The notes under the pieces were generated by a model. That model had not been told where the DNA came from. It did not search any database and saw only the letters and a list, made by a program, of their open reading frames with translations. From Takakia lepidozioides (taxonomy: Eukaryota > Plantae > Bryophyta): a DNA stretch of 64,000 bases. Location of the stretch: NCBI GenBank assembly GCA_030704615.1, contig CM060733.1, forward strand, positions 40,672,001-40,736,000. The letters are read 5' to 3'. Positions 10,913 to 24,923 of the stretch are shown piece after piece. The position numbers and the translations under genes are program-made. How positions within the stretch are numbered: position 1 is the stretch's first letter; every line of letters starts with the position of its first letter.

Positions 10913-13900
10913 TGCTACAACTGTCCCTCATCCATTGTATCAGTCCAGTCCACACTGCCTACAGAAAAGCTAGTGAACACGCGATACAGACTTATAATCT
11001 AAAATATAACCACATGCCATCATTACCTTCAAATGCCCAAATTAACAACAACACCCCAAAGCCAGGCTGATGGGAGTGCAAGAGAACAGCTACAGATGTA
11101 GAGGCTCCCAATGTCATGTACTATACAATTTTTTCAAATGTGAGAGAGCTTGACATTTGTACTTATGCAATGCTGTTCATTCAAGCTCTTTGTGGAATAC
11201 AGGATGTAAATTTGCCATCCGTCCTACTCATAACAAGATAGACCGACACTCGTCCACAAATGAACTGCACAAAGGGACAATGGGAATTCACACTTACGTG
11301 CTCCCAATAATGGCTAACTTTTGGAGTTGGGTTATATCATTGCCTCCTTGATTGTCTTCAATAAACACAGTGAGACTGCTCAATGGTCGTCATAGTCCAC
11401 CCAGCGGGTGCCCCCATACAACGGCAGTACCAAGACCAACCAGGAAAAGATACCAATTAAATAAGCTCTGTAATCATTATGGAAGATCATCCTCACCCTA
11501 CTACATAGCAGCCAAAAACATTTCAGCTAGAAAACCCCTAACTCTGCCACCTAAGTCAACAAACCCTATTGTATACAGTCCACAAGCCTATGGCAAACAG
11601 GTCTTATGAGTACATCCTATTGTGTACAGTGATAGAGATTAACACACAAAACTCCCACATTCTGGTGACACGACAAGATGTCTGCACCATTAAATTCTAG
11701 CTAGTACAAGGCATGCCTCAGTATAGTAACATGTTTACCTGCGTACATTCTGGAACTTGACATACTTGAGTGGCACAGGCTTTCCCTGTAAAACCATTTA
11801 GAAAAGAAAAAACGTGAACGCCACTTTCCTTTAGCAAACTGGAAGCAAATACAAAGCTGTCACAGTACATTTCAGGATAAATTATGCAGATAAAAAACCA
11901 GTGCCCTTGCCTCTTTACACAGCAAGCCAAACATGCTTGAACCAAACAGGGAGAACCACCCAGACACATACCTCGAGCTGTTCCAGGGACACTGAAACTG
12001 AATCACTGACAGGAAAATCGGCGACATTGCTGCAACCACATCAATCATATTCCCTCAAATTACGACACAAATGGATCTGGGGATACATTTGAGCTTTGAA
12101 ATAGTTGTGGAAATCAGAAAGCCTGTCTTTAAATTCCCAACATCAGTAGGACCTGTCATTTGGCTGGGATCCTGGCACATTGGATGGTTTGCTAGAGAAA
12201 CTTCTGTAAGGTGATGAATATTTCCTCTCTGTATTGCAAACTTGGATACAATTGCCCTGAGTTCAGGACCCCTCTTCTTGATAGTGGAAAGGCAACATCA
12301 GTGCTCTCGTAATGGGCACAGTGTATGGCAGCAATTGAGAGCACCTAAAATGGACACGTGAGCCATAAGCTCAAATCACATGTGTCCACACACTAACTCA
12401 AGCACACATCCAAAAACATCCAGATAGGAGGCACTAAAACCTACCTGAAACCCATATTTTGTCGGTTTACAAATAACTTCAATGTCCTTGGCCCTGCAAT
12501 CAACGAATAATCCTCATACTCGAGCCCTTTCGCATACACACAATGCTTCGGACTGTGTGTTGCACAAATTCTCAAATGTAACACACCCCAGAGTATGCCA
12601 CTTCTTTATATCAATGTGCAATATCATCACCGCAAGGTAGACACTCCTTTTCAAGACCACATCATTCACAAGGTTTTACAGGATCTTAGACTAATCTGTG
12701 CATTCTGTGCCGGTAGCTACTTTCAATGACTCGTCCTTCATAAAACACTTCATGAGTGCAACATCCACAGGATTCATGAGCAAACTCTCATCCTCAAAAG
12801 TAGTTTGTCATACTTTCCTCCACACTTATCCAACATAAACAGAATATCCTCACAGGAGTCCAATGGCACGGCTTCCAAGTTCATAGGAAGTACTCTGTAA
12901 CCCTAGCATCAGAACCATATTGACCATCAGTAGTCTTCAATGGCTGTCTATATCTTTTGACAACTATATAGCCTGCAATTCCATTCAGAAGCTATCACCT
13001 GACCTTCTCACTGGTAAAGTCACTTGGACAAGGTGGTTGCTAACCACTTTTTCCTTATCATTGCAAAGAAGCAACTGCCCAATGCAGGCCATGGAAGTGA
13101 CAACCAGGTGGTCAAGAGAGAAAGAGGCCAGGGATTCATGTCTTGTTTGCCGAAGGTAACTATCAATGAGTACCATTTATGATACACAGTGGCAACTCTG
13201 CCAATAGTCATCTCAACTCTACCCTAAATGACCACCGGAACTTCAGGCCTGTGCCTTCCCAGTCAGGACAAGAGGATGAACTCGGCACAGACATCACCAG
13301 CATCTGGAGAGACAGAGGCCAGGGAGGGACGTTTGCCATTGGTGAGTATCATTCACGGTACAACACTTATTAGAACAGAACTGTGCCAAACATCATCTCA
13401 AGGGTACAAATTCACTGGGTGACCACCAGAACTGAGGGACTTTGCCTTCACCACCAAGTACAAGAGGATGCACTCTACTTCGAGAACTCACCTGCGTCTG
13501 CCGGACCTTTGACAATCAAAGAGTGGAGCTTAACCACTTGATTGAAGGGAATGTAAAGCAACAACTGCTCATCCGCATCACTCTCCAGATGCAACCCATT
13601 GTCTTCCCTGTACCCCTGTGAAAGAATTCAACAGGCCTCTCAAGAGTTTTTTGCTTCCACTATTTGGCAGTGATATACCAGCATAATAAGAAGGGGACAA
13701 AGTGACGGAAAGGAATTTCAAAGAAATGTACCAGAATTCAAGTAGCTAGGACACTTGCATAGGTGGAGGCAGCATAGTGAAAGAGATTAACCTGCTTCAG
13801 GGCATTAACAAAGGTGTGGTTGGACTTCTCGTTTAAGCACTCCACAGATGACCAGTCAATGCATTCCACCAGATCCACCTTTTCATCCCCTTCCCCAACT

Positions 13901-15005
13901 TCATAAGCCTTCTTGCATCTACTTCACCTATTTGATCTTACACTATGGAGCCTGTCTAGAGATGTAGGTCGAACATTTTGCGGCTGGCAAAGAAACATGA
14001 AACATTGTCAAATTATAAATCTGTATATGTCAGACACAACTTGGAAACAACTCCAGATATGTATTGCAAGTTTTCAGGAACTCCGTCTCCCAGTCTACAA
14101 AGCATGAGAATGTGTTTTCCCTGTGCACGAGAAACTTCAAATTCAAAGGAGAGAGTATGTTATAATGTGATATAGTCGCACTACAGCATAGATACGTCTT
14201 CCTCTTAGCTGAGCATGCACAACCACCTTCCAATTTCCCCTTCTTGTTTTGTCATCGGAGAAGAAAACTTGCTCTATGTCTGAAGGCCGTGAAAAAGGCT
14301 CATCGAGGGGACGATGAGTAAGGTTGAGCCTATCTGCATTGACGCGCATGAAACCACAATCATCTTGCACTAATGTTGTGGAGGGCCCCACAAGATGTGG
14401 CTGGAACCACCCAGTGGTTGAGTGTATGTGCCTTGCCTGTGCATAACCTAGGTGATTTAGGGTTCAAAGTGTCCACCATTTAAACGCAGGCATAGTCTTG
14501 GGGATGAAGAGACTATAATTTATGCTTCCTCCGGGCGGAATCCCCTCTTTCCTTCTGTGATTAAATATGGAAATATCTCCATACTTACAATTAAAGGTGG
14601 GTAAGAAAGAAGTACTGAGAAGCTATCCTCTAGAGGATTTTCCGAAGAAAAAACCCGAAACTAACAGCAAAGTACAGAAAAACAAAGACAGAGAAAATGA
14701 ACCAAAAGAAGCAAAGACACAAACAAAGCAACGAACACGGATTCACCTTGAACCAGTAAACTGAGAATTGCAGTATAGACTTGCAGTTGTGCCTGTCTCT
14801 CACCAATCCATGGACCAAGTAGGAAAACAACATAAGTGGTAGTGACAAGCCACCATCACTTCCGCACATAACTGTGCATCAAAAGCCAATTACACTCATC
14901 AGCCCCTCAGTTTGCAAGGGATAGTGGTAAAGTGACAAGGTAAGCTGACAGAGCGTGCACCTGGCCTCGCACTGTAGCCACTCCAGCTGCTGCTGCCGCC
15001 TCCAT
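10913..15005 (-). CDS. PITH-domain protein (TXNL1 C-terminal/PITH family, At3g04780-like), spliced
   Basis: Exons 15005-14961 ([15 protein letters not shown]), 13878-13792 ([29 protein letters not shown]), 13615-13492 ([38 protein letters not shown]), ~12493-12445 ([16 protein letters not shown]), ~12029-11972, ~11785-11739 ([15 protein letters not shown]), ~11375-11297 ([11 protein letters not shown]...LQKLAIIGS), all GT-AG. The last exon (~10955-10913) is uncertain. Confidence 0.9.
14143..14400 (-). mobile_element. CACTA/EnSpm transposase C-terminal (DUF4216-like) fragment in PITH intron 1
   Basis: DDCGFMRVN...[29 protein letters not shown] matches the EnSpm TnpD pattern DEPF..ASQ..QVFY..D....W.VV. 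Confidence 0.7.
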
Positions 15006-16045
15006 ATCCACAACTACGCAGTCTGGATACGCACAAGAGCAGAGCGCAGTAAAGATGGATGCCAGACACGTACGCAGGGGCAGTTGATGCACATCACTGC
15101 ACTGCGCTGCGACGCAGAAAGCCTAAACGCTGAATCCCCCACGCACGCGATATTACAGGTTCTGTGCAGGAGATGTTGCCACGTGTCCAAAGTGAACAGC
15201 CCAGATCTTCATCCACAGTCCTCGAGAAAGTTGAGAGTCATCTGCGCAGCGGGGGAGATGGCAGCGATTCTTCTGCACGCACAGGCCCGCTCCAGATGCA
15301 ATTGCACAGACGCAACTGTCCCAAGCTAGCCTCGAGGCAGCTGTGCCCAGCAAGTTGAGCTGAATGAATTCCAAGCTGGTTTAATCTGGGTCCCTCCGAC
15401 ATCTGCTGGGCCGGGCTGATCACTTGCAGCCCGCCTTTTGCTCTGTTTCGTCAACCAGCCCGGGGCCAGGCTCACTACATGTCCATTAGTATATAACAAC
15501 TGTGTAGCATCGATGTCTTCCCAGTCTACCACACTACTACTCTTCCACAGTCGGCTGCTAACCTTTGCTTTTTCTCTTTTTCTTTCATGCTCGGTGACGG
15601 TTATTGATCTTAATTCTACCGGCCGCGTTTGCAGAGGAATGCGCTAGCTGTACTCATCGTACGTAGTAATCCAGGTCAAGGTTCGTGGTGAGTTAAGGTA
15701 TGTACATTACTACAACAATCCTTGCAAGATGTTTTCCTTCAGCTGAGTTTGAACTGAATTGCATATTACTGAAAGTGACATGGGTTGTTCCCCGGTTGTT
15801 CATGTGTAAGTCACCAATTATATTGTTATAGAAGGCTCTGCATGAGGTCGTTGAATGAGGTGGACGGTTGTGCTGTGATCGCATGCATGATCCGCTTTAC
15901 GTCTGAATAGCTAAATTGTCTGTGTTGCAGTTATAAAAGTTTAAAGTTTTAACAACGTACTCCTGCCTGTTGCTTGCAGGTGCATAGTTTCCATGTTCCA
16001 ATCGAAAATTTGTTTTCTATCTGTGCACGAAGGCCATCTGCAACC

Positions 16046-17320
16046 ATGGCAGGTGGAGCTCCAACTGTTGGGTGAGCAACATTCCCACAGGCAGGAAGGT
16101 TTTGTTCCCACTTGCACTGGTGACTTCGCTATTTTTCCTGTGGGGCTTTGCTTATGGATTGTTGGATGTGCTGAACAAGCATTTTCAAGAGGTTCTTCAC
16201 TTGAGCAAGGTCAAGTCCACCGGGCTGCAGGTGGCCTACTTTGGTGCATACATCGTGTTCCCGCCACTGTTTGGTCAACCAATCGTGCTGAAAATTGGAT
16301 ACAAAGTCTCAATTCTAACCGGCCTGATGCTCTATGTCGTTGGAGCTCTACTTTTCTGGCCGTGCGCTCAATACAAGACCTTCCCAGGCTTTGTTGTTGC
16401 AACGTTCGTCATTGCGTGTGGCTTATCAAGCCTTGAAGTTGCAGCGAACACCTACGTGACTGTCTTGGGGAGCCCAAAGACAGCCACATTTAGATTGAAC
16501 TTTTCTCAATCTTCAACGGTTTGGGAAGCTTTATTGGGCCTATGATAGCATCAAAGTTTTTCCTTAGTGTCCAGCATTCAGGAGATCTCAATTCCGTTAA
16601 GTTCATCTATCTTGGAATCGCTTGCGGCGTCTTCACCGTGGCAGTTTTGTTCTTTTTTGCCAGCCTTCCTGAGATTTCAGATGACGACATGTCTGAGGAA
16701 TCAGATCTTCCAGCGAAGCCGCTCATGAAACAGCCGCATTTTCTTGGTGGAGTGTTGGCACAATGGTTGTAAGTTGGTTCGCAGGTCACGGTGGCCACTT
16801 TCTTCATCAACTTGGCCAATGAAGATGGTATCAAATCCGATTCAAAAGCTTCCCAACTGCTCTCTTACTCTTTGATTCTCTTCACCGTCGGCCGTTTCTT
16901 CGCCACATTCCTTTTGAAGTTCTTCCAACCAAGGTACATTTTGGGAGCTTATGCTGCTCTATGCACCACATTGTGTGCGCTTTCCGCTGGACTGCATGGA
17001 GTCGGAGTACCATATGTGTTATAGTGCTCTTAATCTTCATGTCCTGCATGTACCCAACGATCTTCACGCTGGCGTTACAAGATCTAGGAGGGAACACCAA
17101 GAGAGCGGGGTCCTTTGTCGTCATGGGCGTCGGTGGTGATGGTGCCAATTTCCCTCCAATTCAAGGCGCTATTGCAGACAAAGCAAGCACCAAGATCAGC
17201 CAGATTGTTCCTACGTTGGGGTTCTCTTACCTCATTTTCTATCCTTTTCTCTTTGCCAAAGGCCCATCTCCTCATAGTGATGACCTTGAATCCAAGAATT
17301 ACCTTGAATCCAACAGTTAG
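16046..17320 (+). pseudogene. fucP: L-fucose permease (MFS, FucP/GluP family), intronless, frameshifted
   Basis: LVTSLFFLWGFAYGLLDVLNKHFQ, GLQVAYFGAY, GLSSLEVAANTYVTVLG...RLNFSQS(F)NGLG, FMSCMYPTIFTLAL. Frameshifts at ~16071, ~16512 and ~17010; TAA at 16770. Confidence 0.88.
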
Positions 17321-18039
17321 TTTTTGGAAGTTATTTGTAGCACTTGCAAGCTATCATATGTTCAAATACCTTGTGTTCTTTGTAAATAAACAAGCCTCAA
17401 ACGCCAATTGGCTCTCTTGCTTTGCTTTGGCACAACTTAAGAGGAAGGTAAAACTACTAAGGGAGCATGATTCAGCACAACACAGCAATCAGCGTCTTGA
17501 CATGGTGTAAGGTCCTTTGACCACATTTTCTCCAGTGACTTGCATGTCTCTGCAAAGTCTATCTCTACAAGAGAGCCAATAAGTTTGTACAGGTTTTCAT
17601 CATTTTACACTTTTGATCTTGTTATGATCAATCACTGGAGACTGCTGCCAATGTACAATAATAAAGTTCTAGTCTAGGAAGTGGCAATTCATTCAAATTC
17701 TGGAATGTTATCACTATGTACCCCAACTCATTTGCCCAGTTCGGGAAGGTCAGGCAACCCGACACTGTGGGAAGAGCGAATAGCGTGGGGCCGCGGGAGG
17801 CTTGGAGAGGAGGGAAATGGCTCGACAGGGTGCGCCTGTGCGCCTAGGATAGCGCAGAAGTAGGAGGGTCAATGGGAGGGCGGTGGGCCCAAAACATGCG
17901 CAGAAGACACCTACATGCCTTTCTAGAGCTTTCCAAAAGCAGCCGGGTGAGGCCGTGGGCCCTTTCTAGAAGGTTCCACCACAGCCTTCAAAGACTATAT
18001 AAGGAAGGTAAGGGGCATCAATCTATGAATTAAGACTAT

Positions 18040-18970
18040 TTGTTTGTTTTATTTTGTTTTGTTTTGTCACGTTAAGATGTCCCAAACCACAAGGCCCCAG
18101 CCTTGGTGCTTGGTACCGTTGGAAAGCCCTCCACGAGGAGGGGTGCACGGGCTTGGTCTCACGATTTTTGGACTTGCGGTGTTTATGTCAAATTCCAAGT
18201 GCTTTTGGTCGTTGGAAATTCACAAAAAATAGCAAAAATGGCAAAGTGGGCATTCCCTGGACAGTGGTTGGAATCTGGTCGTAGGCTCTGTGGAAAAAAA
18301 CTTACTTGGGCCTCGATATAGGAGACGCACTTGGATACATAGGAAATTGCACTAGATACATAGAAGGGCTTTGATGCTACATGGGAGATGCACTTGGATA
18401 CATGAATAGAAGATTGCACCTGGATACATAGGAAATTACACTTGGTCGTAGATTTCAATTCTTCACATATAGGGCAAACGGCATAGGCTACACTAGAGGT
18501 CGCACTTGGGCCTCGACATAGGAGACGCATTGGGATACATAGAAGATCTTACACTTGGGCTTCGATGCCATTAGACACTTGGGCCAACGGCACAGGCTAC
18601 CCTAGAGGTCGCATTTGGGCCTCGACATAGGAGACGCACTTAGACTTAGATGACACTGGACACTTGGGCCAACGGCACAGGCTACCCTCGACATAGGAGA
18701 CGCATTTGCCTACATAGGAAATTGCACTTGGTCTTAGATTTCAATTCTTCACACATAAGCCAAAGGCGTAGGCTACACTCGAAGCTTGGGCCTCACAATA
18801 GAAGATGCACTGGGATACATATGAAAGTGCACTTGGTCTTGGATTTCAATTCTTCACACACATGGGCCAAAGGCACATGCTACCCTACGCACTTGGATAC
18901 ATAGAAGATCTTACACTTGGGCTTTAGATGACATTGGACACTTGGGCCATCGACACAGGCTACCCTAATA
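18040..18970 (+). mobile_element. Non-autonomous Helitron-like element with internally repeated modules and repeated 3' hairpin+CTAG ends
   Basis: Repeated cttgggccaacggcacaggctaccctag (hairpin then CTAG). accgttggaaagccctccacgaggaggggtgcac is shared with 25.9 and 27.0 kb. Confidence 0.65.
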
Positions 18971-19139
18971 GATTTTATTACGTTCCTCCGGCCTCCCTTT
19001 GGTGGGCTCTGCAAGCAAGGCCCCCTTATAAAATAAAAATTGGAACTTGAACCATCATCTAATTAAAAATCTCTTACTATGCAACAACAATCGTGCCCAG
19101 TTATATTTCAAAGAGTGTACAGGGTGAGGGGCTTGTCAC

Positions 19140-22100
19140 TTAATATGAACCTGGAAATCAATCCCACTCCTTGCCTTGTTGCTAGCAGCTGACAATGACA
19201 GCCTACATTTGTTCTAGGAAACACCCAACTCAACTTCTTACACTAGTTCATATGCTCGATTGCATCTGCTACTCTCTGTAATCCAAGAGGCATTCACCTT
19301 TTTGCCTCGATTGTCCCACCATTGACTGGGGTCAGAACTATTCATTCCACAGCTTCTCCTCATCTCTGTTATCTGATTCTGGATACTTTCATGTTGTCAC
19401 ATTGGCAGTACCATGTCAAAGTCACTCCAAACTATCAAAGATTCACTCAACCAGCTAACTTGCAGAATTCAACATGGAAATTTAGGGACGACTCTGATAA
19501 CAGGGAAAAACAGGCTGAAATGTCTTGAGGAAGGTGCCTTCACTAGCAGTACCTTGTTCTATCATTTGTGCTGCTGCCGCTGCTGTTTCCACTTGACCAT
19601 CTACTCCAACAGACTTCTTGTAGCTATTGATCCCTCAGCCTGAACCTGAACATGAATCTGGAACTCTATCCCTGGTCCATCAGCTATCCCTAGTCCTTCA
19701 GCTATCCCTGCCCGTGTACAAATCATGAATACATCCCTCAGCCTTGCTGCTAGCAGCTGACACTGACGGCGTGAAGTTCTTCCAGCAAACACCCCAACCC
19801 TACTTGTTATAGTAGTTCCACTTCCGCATTGCAACTGCTTCTCTCTGTAGTCGAACAAGCATTAGATTTATTCTAGGAAACACCCAACTCAGCTTATCAC
19901 ACTAGCTCCTATGCTGAATTGCGTCTGCTACTTTCTGTAATCTAATAGGCATTCACATTTTTGCCTCGGTTGTCCCACCATTGACTGGGGTTAGGAAAGT
20001 ATTCATTCCACAACTTCTCCTCATCTTTGTTACCTGTTTTTCGATACTTTCCTGCTGTCACATTGGCAGTATCATGTCAAAGCCACTCCAAACTAGATTC
20101 ACTCAACCAGCTAACTTGCAGAATTCAATTTAGGGCCGATTCTGATAAGAGGGAAAAACATGGTGAAATGTAGTAGTGCCTGATTTTATCAATTGTGCCG
20201 CTACTGCTGCGGCTTCCAGTTGACCATCTACCCATGTAGGTTTCTTGGCGCTATCCGTCCACAAGGAATCAAAAGTAATCTTGAGCTTGAAATCTGGCCC
20301 TCTTGGATGAATCTGGACCCAAACTCTATCCCTGCTCCTTCAACTATGCCTCTGCACAAATCATGCATACATCTTTGCTGCTAGCAGCTGACAATGACAG
20401 CCTACATTTCTTCTAGCAAACAACCCAACCATACTTACCACACTAGTTCCTATGCTGACTTGCGCTTCCGTGTTCATTCCAAAGCTTCTCCTCGTCTCTG
20501 TTATCTGTTTTTTGATATTTTCCTGATGCCACATTGTCGGTAACATGTCAAAATCACTCCAAAACCACCATAGATCCACCAACGAGTTAACTTGCAAGTT
20601 CAACATGAAAATTTAGGGACAACTCTGATAACAGGGAAAAACAGGCTGAAATGTGTTGAGAAAGGTGCCTTCATTAGCAGTGCCTTGTTCTATCAATTGT
20701 GCTGCTGCCGTTGTTGTTTCCACTTGACCTTCTTTCCACGCAGATTTCCTGTAGCTACTTGATCCACATGGAATCAGAAGTAATCTTGTGTTTGAGATTC
20801 GGCCTCTTACATGAATCTGGACCTCTATCCCTGGTCCTTCAGCTATTCCTGCCTGTGTACAAATCATGAATACATCATCAGCCTTGCTGCTAGCAGCTGA
20901 CACTGACGGCATGAAGTTCTTCCAGCAAACAAATGAAACCCTAATGACGAGAGGAAAAAGGAAAAACAAACTGAAATAGGTTGTGGAAGAAACGATACAC
21001 ATACTTATCACCTTTCAGCTGATACTTATCACACACTGGTTCCTATGCTGACTTGTGCTTCCAACATGCATTCACCTTTTCGCACCAACGAGCTAATTAC
21101 TTGCAGAATTCAACCTGAAAATTTATGGGCGACTCTGATAACAGGGAAAACAGGGAAATGTGTTGAAGAAGGTGCTCATAGGTCTCCAAAGCCTCCATCC
21201 AGTGCCTTTGTTGTGCATATCCTGCAATCATAGCATCCACAACACCACATCTCGTTCAGCCATACTGTTGAACACTCCCTTTGCATCCTCGATGCACCCA
21301 TATTTTGCATACACGTCCACGAGAGTACTGTTCAGAATGACATTGGGTACAATTCGAGCTCTGACAATGTCACCATGGACCTCTTTGCCTTTTTCCATGG
21401 CTGCCAGGCTTGCACATGCATTGCAAATGCAATCAAATGTGATGTGGTTGGGCTTCACCCCTTCCGCCATCATTTGATCGTAGGTCTCCAAAGCCTCCTT
21501 GGACCGCGGCCTTGCTGTGCATACCCCGCAAGCATCGTGTTCCACGACACCACATCTTGTTCAGCCATACTGTTGAAACATCCCTTCCCAACTCAGCTTA
21601 TTACACTAGTTCCTATACTGAATTGCGTCTGCTACTCTCCTGTAATCTAACAGGCATTCACCTTTTTGCCTCGGTGTCCCACCATTGACCGGGGTCAGAA
21701 AAGTATTCATTCCACAGCTTCTCCTAATCTCCGTTATGTGTTTTTGGATACTTTCTGTTGTCACAGTGGTAGTATCATGTCAAAGTCACTCGAAACTACA
21801 TTCACTCAACCGGCTAACTTGCAGAATTCAACATGGAAATTTAGGGCCGATTCTGATAAGAGGGAAAACAGGGTGAAATGTGTTGAAGAAGGTGCCTTGA
21901 CTACCAGTGCCTGATTTTATTAGTTGTACCACTGTTGCTGCGGCATCCAGATGACCATCTACCCATGCAGGTTTCTTGTAGCTATTGATCCACAGGGAAT
22001 CACAAATAATCTTGTGCTTGAAATCTGGCCCTCTTGGATGAATCTGGACCCACTCTCTATCCCTGCTCCTTCAACTATCTCTGCCTCTGCACAAATCATG

Positions 22101-23330
22101 CACACATCATTGCCTTACTGCTAGTAGCTGACAATGACAGCCTAGATTTGTTCCAGCAAAACACCCTAACCCTACTTATCACACAAGTTCCTATGCTAGC
22201 AAAACACCCTAACCCTACTTATCACACAAGTTCCTATGCTGACTTGCGCTTCCAACAGGCATTCACCTTTTTGCACCAACGAGCTAACTTGCAAAATTCA
22301 ACCTGAAAATTTAGGGACGACTCTGATAACAGGGAAAACAGGCTGAAATGTGTTCAAGAAGGTGCACATAGGTCTCCAAAGCCTCTATCCCGCGCCCTTG
22401 CTGTGCATATCCTGCAATCATCGCACTCCACGACACCACATCTCGTTCAGCCATACTGTTGAACACTCCCTTTGCATCCTCAATAGCACCCACATTTTGC
22501 ATACATGTTCACAAGAGTACTGTTTAGAATGACATTGGGTACAATTCGAGCTCTGACAATGTCACCATGGACCTCTTTGCCATTTTCCAGGGCTGCCAAG
22601 CTTGCACATGCAATCAAATGTGATGTGGTCGGGCTTCACCCCTTCCGCCATCATTTGATCGTAGGTCTCCAAAGCCTCCTTCCCGCGGCCTTGCTGTGCC
22701 GCTTAGCAACCAATGGCGCAAAAAAAGAATAAATTATAAAAGAGCCTAAAAAATGATCTAGAAGAAATAATAAATAAATAAATATTTTGTCTCTTCGCCC
22801 TTGATTCTGTCTTTTAACCATCCTATCTTGTTTTTCCTTTGCGCGTTCATCGTTAATAGGGATCGTGGGAAGCCCACAAGCATCGCTCAGCCACACTGTT
22901 GCAAACTCCCTTCGCATCCTCGATGCACCCACATTTTGTATACATGTCCACGAGGGTATTGTTCAGAATGACGTTGGGTATAATTCCAGCTCTGATGATG
23001 TCAGGATGAACCTCTTTGCCCTTTTCCAGGGCTGCCAGGCTCGCACACGCATTGCATATACAAACGAACGTGACCATGTCTGGCTTTACCCCTTCCCGCA
23101 TCATTTGGAAATAGGTCTCCAATGCCGCCATCATGCATCCATACTGGGGCATATCCCGCGATCATCACACTCCAGGACATGACATTTCGTTCAGCTATAT
23201 TTCAAACACTCCCTTTGTATCCTCAATACTGCCACATTTGGTGTACACGCCCAGCCTTGAGCCTGTTAAAGGTATTCTCATTAGGTCGCGATCTTCTTAA
23301 GGACCACATGTGAAGAACATAGTCGCTGCA
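19140..23330 (-). repeat. Mosaic of a several-hundred-bp repeated non-coding unit interleaved with PLS-class PPR fragments (pseudogene cargo)
   Basis: The unit (ttgaccatctacccatg.../attcactcaaccagctaacttgcagaattc...) recurs several times. PPR fragments at 21170-21580, 22350-22700 and 22853-23250 (GVKPNHITF..ICNACASLAA.EKGKEVH..I..A.I.PNVILN.TLVD.Y.K.G.IEDAKGVFNSMAERDVV). Confidence 0.8.
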
Positions 23331-23339
23331 CCACTGTCC

Positions 23340-23975
23340 ACGAACTCTCAAAAATGTAAAAGCATAGCTCTGTTGCGGTGAGTGAGAAAGCGACGACAGA
23401 CTCTTATATACATGGAAAACGATGAACCAACTTCAAAGATTACCTGCACTACACTATCCACAAACTCCATGTGCACGACTCCGCACGACTCAGGACTTAG
23501 CTAAACTGAAGAAGAAGAGGTCCATGACTCGTATATCCCATGTAGCAGTTTCCAACACTCTACATCCACTAATATTTTGCCACGTTTACAGGTGATGTCA
23601 TGTCGATTATATGCTTCTAAAACAAAATTTCAAAGTTCACCGAATTTCATCCATTTTATCGACTCTTACTACACATAGACATTGTTTGGGCAAGCTACAT
23701 TGGACACGTGTAGTCTTAAAGTCATGTAGTCATACATTGCAATGCCCACGTCACTCCCACAGTAGTTTTGGCCACGACTCGTAGTCGTATCAACCATCTT
23801 GATGCCTGTGGTCAACTATGTTTGACCGCAGATCGGTAGATGGAGGAGTCGCGCAGTCATCCTCACGACTTCTGGGTAGCTCCAACAATATTCACGACTG
23901 CCGATGGCATTTTGCAGTCAGATATGCCACGACTGCCAAAAGTGGCAGTCGTGAAAGTCATGATCTGTTGTAGTG
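23340..23975. mobile_element. CACTA element right end with subterminal repeats
   Basis: Ends ...CTGTTGTAGTG (reverse complement CACTACAACAG) at 23975, the same TIR start as 55344. Many cacgact/atgact/agtcgt subterminal motifs. Confidence 0.8.
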
Positions 23976-24923
23976 TGTACCTGCCGACCCCAACAGTGCA
24001 ACAGAGCTAGTATTGTACAATGGGGGACCTGTCGAGCCTCAGGTCGACTGGCCATATAGAGAGTGTATTGGTTGCTTGCAGTTTGCCAGTATTGGCACCA
24101 GGTTTGATATCAGCTACGCTGTTAGCAACGTAGCCAAATTCTGCAATCGGCCAACTGCAACGCATGTTGCAGCAGTGAAGCGCATCCTCAAATATCTCTG
24201 AGGCACAATCGGCTATAGACTCACATATGGAGTAGGGAAGACGTCGGATCTGAACCAACTCACGGTATATTGTGATGCAGACTACGCTGCCAATATCGAT
24301 GATCACAAATCACAATCAGGATTTCTCCTCATGATGAATGGAGGAGCAGTAGCTTGGGGGTCTCGCAAGCAGACGTGCACTGCGGCCAGCACAACGGAAT
24401 CGGAGTATGTTGCAGCTGCCCTTGTAGATAGGGCTTTTCCCAGTTTTATGGATTCCAGTGGTGGATATTGAGTTTCTCAGTGGTTTTGGCTCTAAGGACC
24501 ACGGAACCCAAAAAAAACGCTTCAGTGGGTTGCAAGGAGAATCCGTCGAACGCATGAAGTGATCTGAATGCAATGTCTCCTGGCTAGTGTGCGATCCCCG
24601 CAGCTCCAGCCCACTAGATTGTTCAGCGACAATCAGTCGGCAATCCAACTCATACACAACCCGGTTTTCCACTAGTGAACCAAGCACATCAGCGTGAAGT
24701 ATTACAAGACCCGAGATGCTCAACAGGAAGATGAAGTTAATCTCACGTATGTGAGTACGTAGAATCAGCTTGCGGACATCCTGACAAAGCCTTTGGCACG
24801 TGATCGCTTTCAGCGCCTGTGCTACCTTGCTGGACTCACACCTGCCCCAAATCTCTAGAGTAATGCACTGTGATGAAGTGGGAGTACTAATGTTTGGGTC
24901 ACCTCAGTGCTGAGTGGGAGTAT
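23976..24923 (+). mobile_element. Ty1/Copia 3' part (RT end, RNase H, PPT), degenerate
   Basis: PYRECIGCLQF...TRFDISYAV...VKRILKYL, YCDADYA...AWGSRKQ...STTESEYVAA, SDNQSAI...KHI...QLADILTKPL. PPT gagtgggag. Confidence 0.9.

Noticed and set aside
21160-23250. Functional PPR editing-factor gene
   Set aside because: Only short, frameshifted motif blocks interleaved with non-coding repeats; no E/DYW domain.
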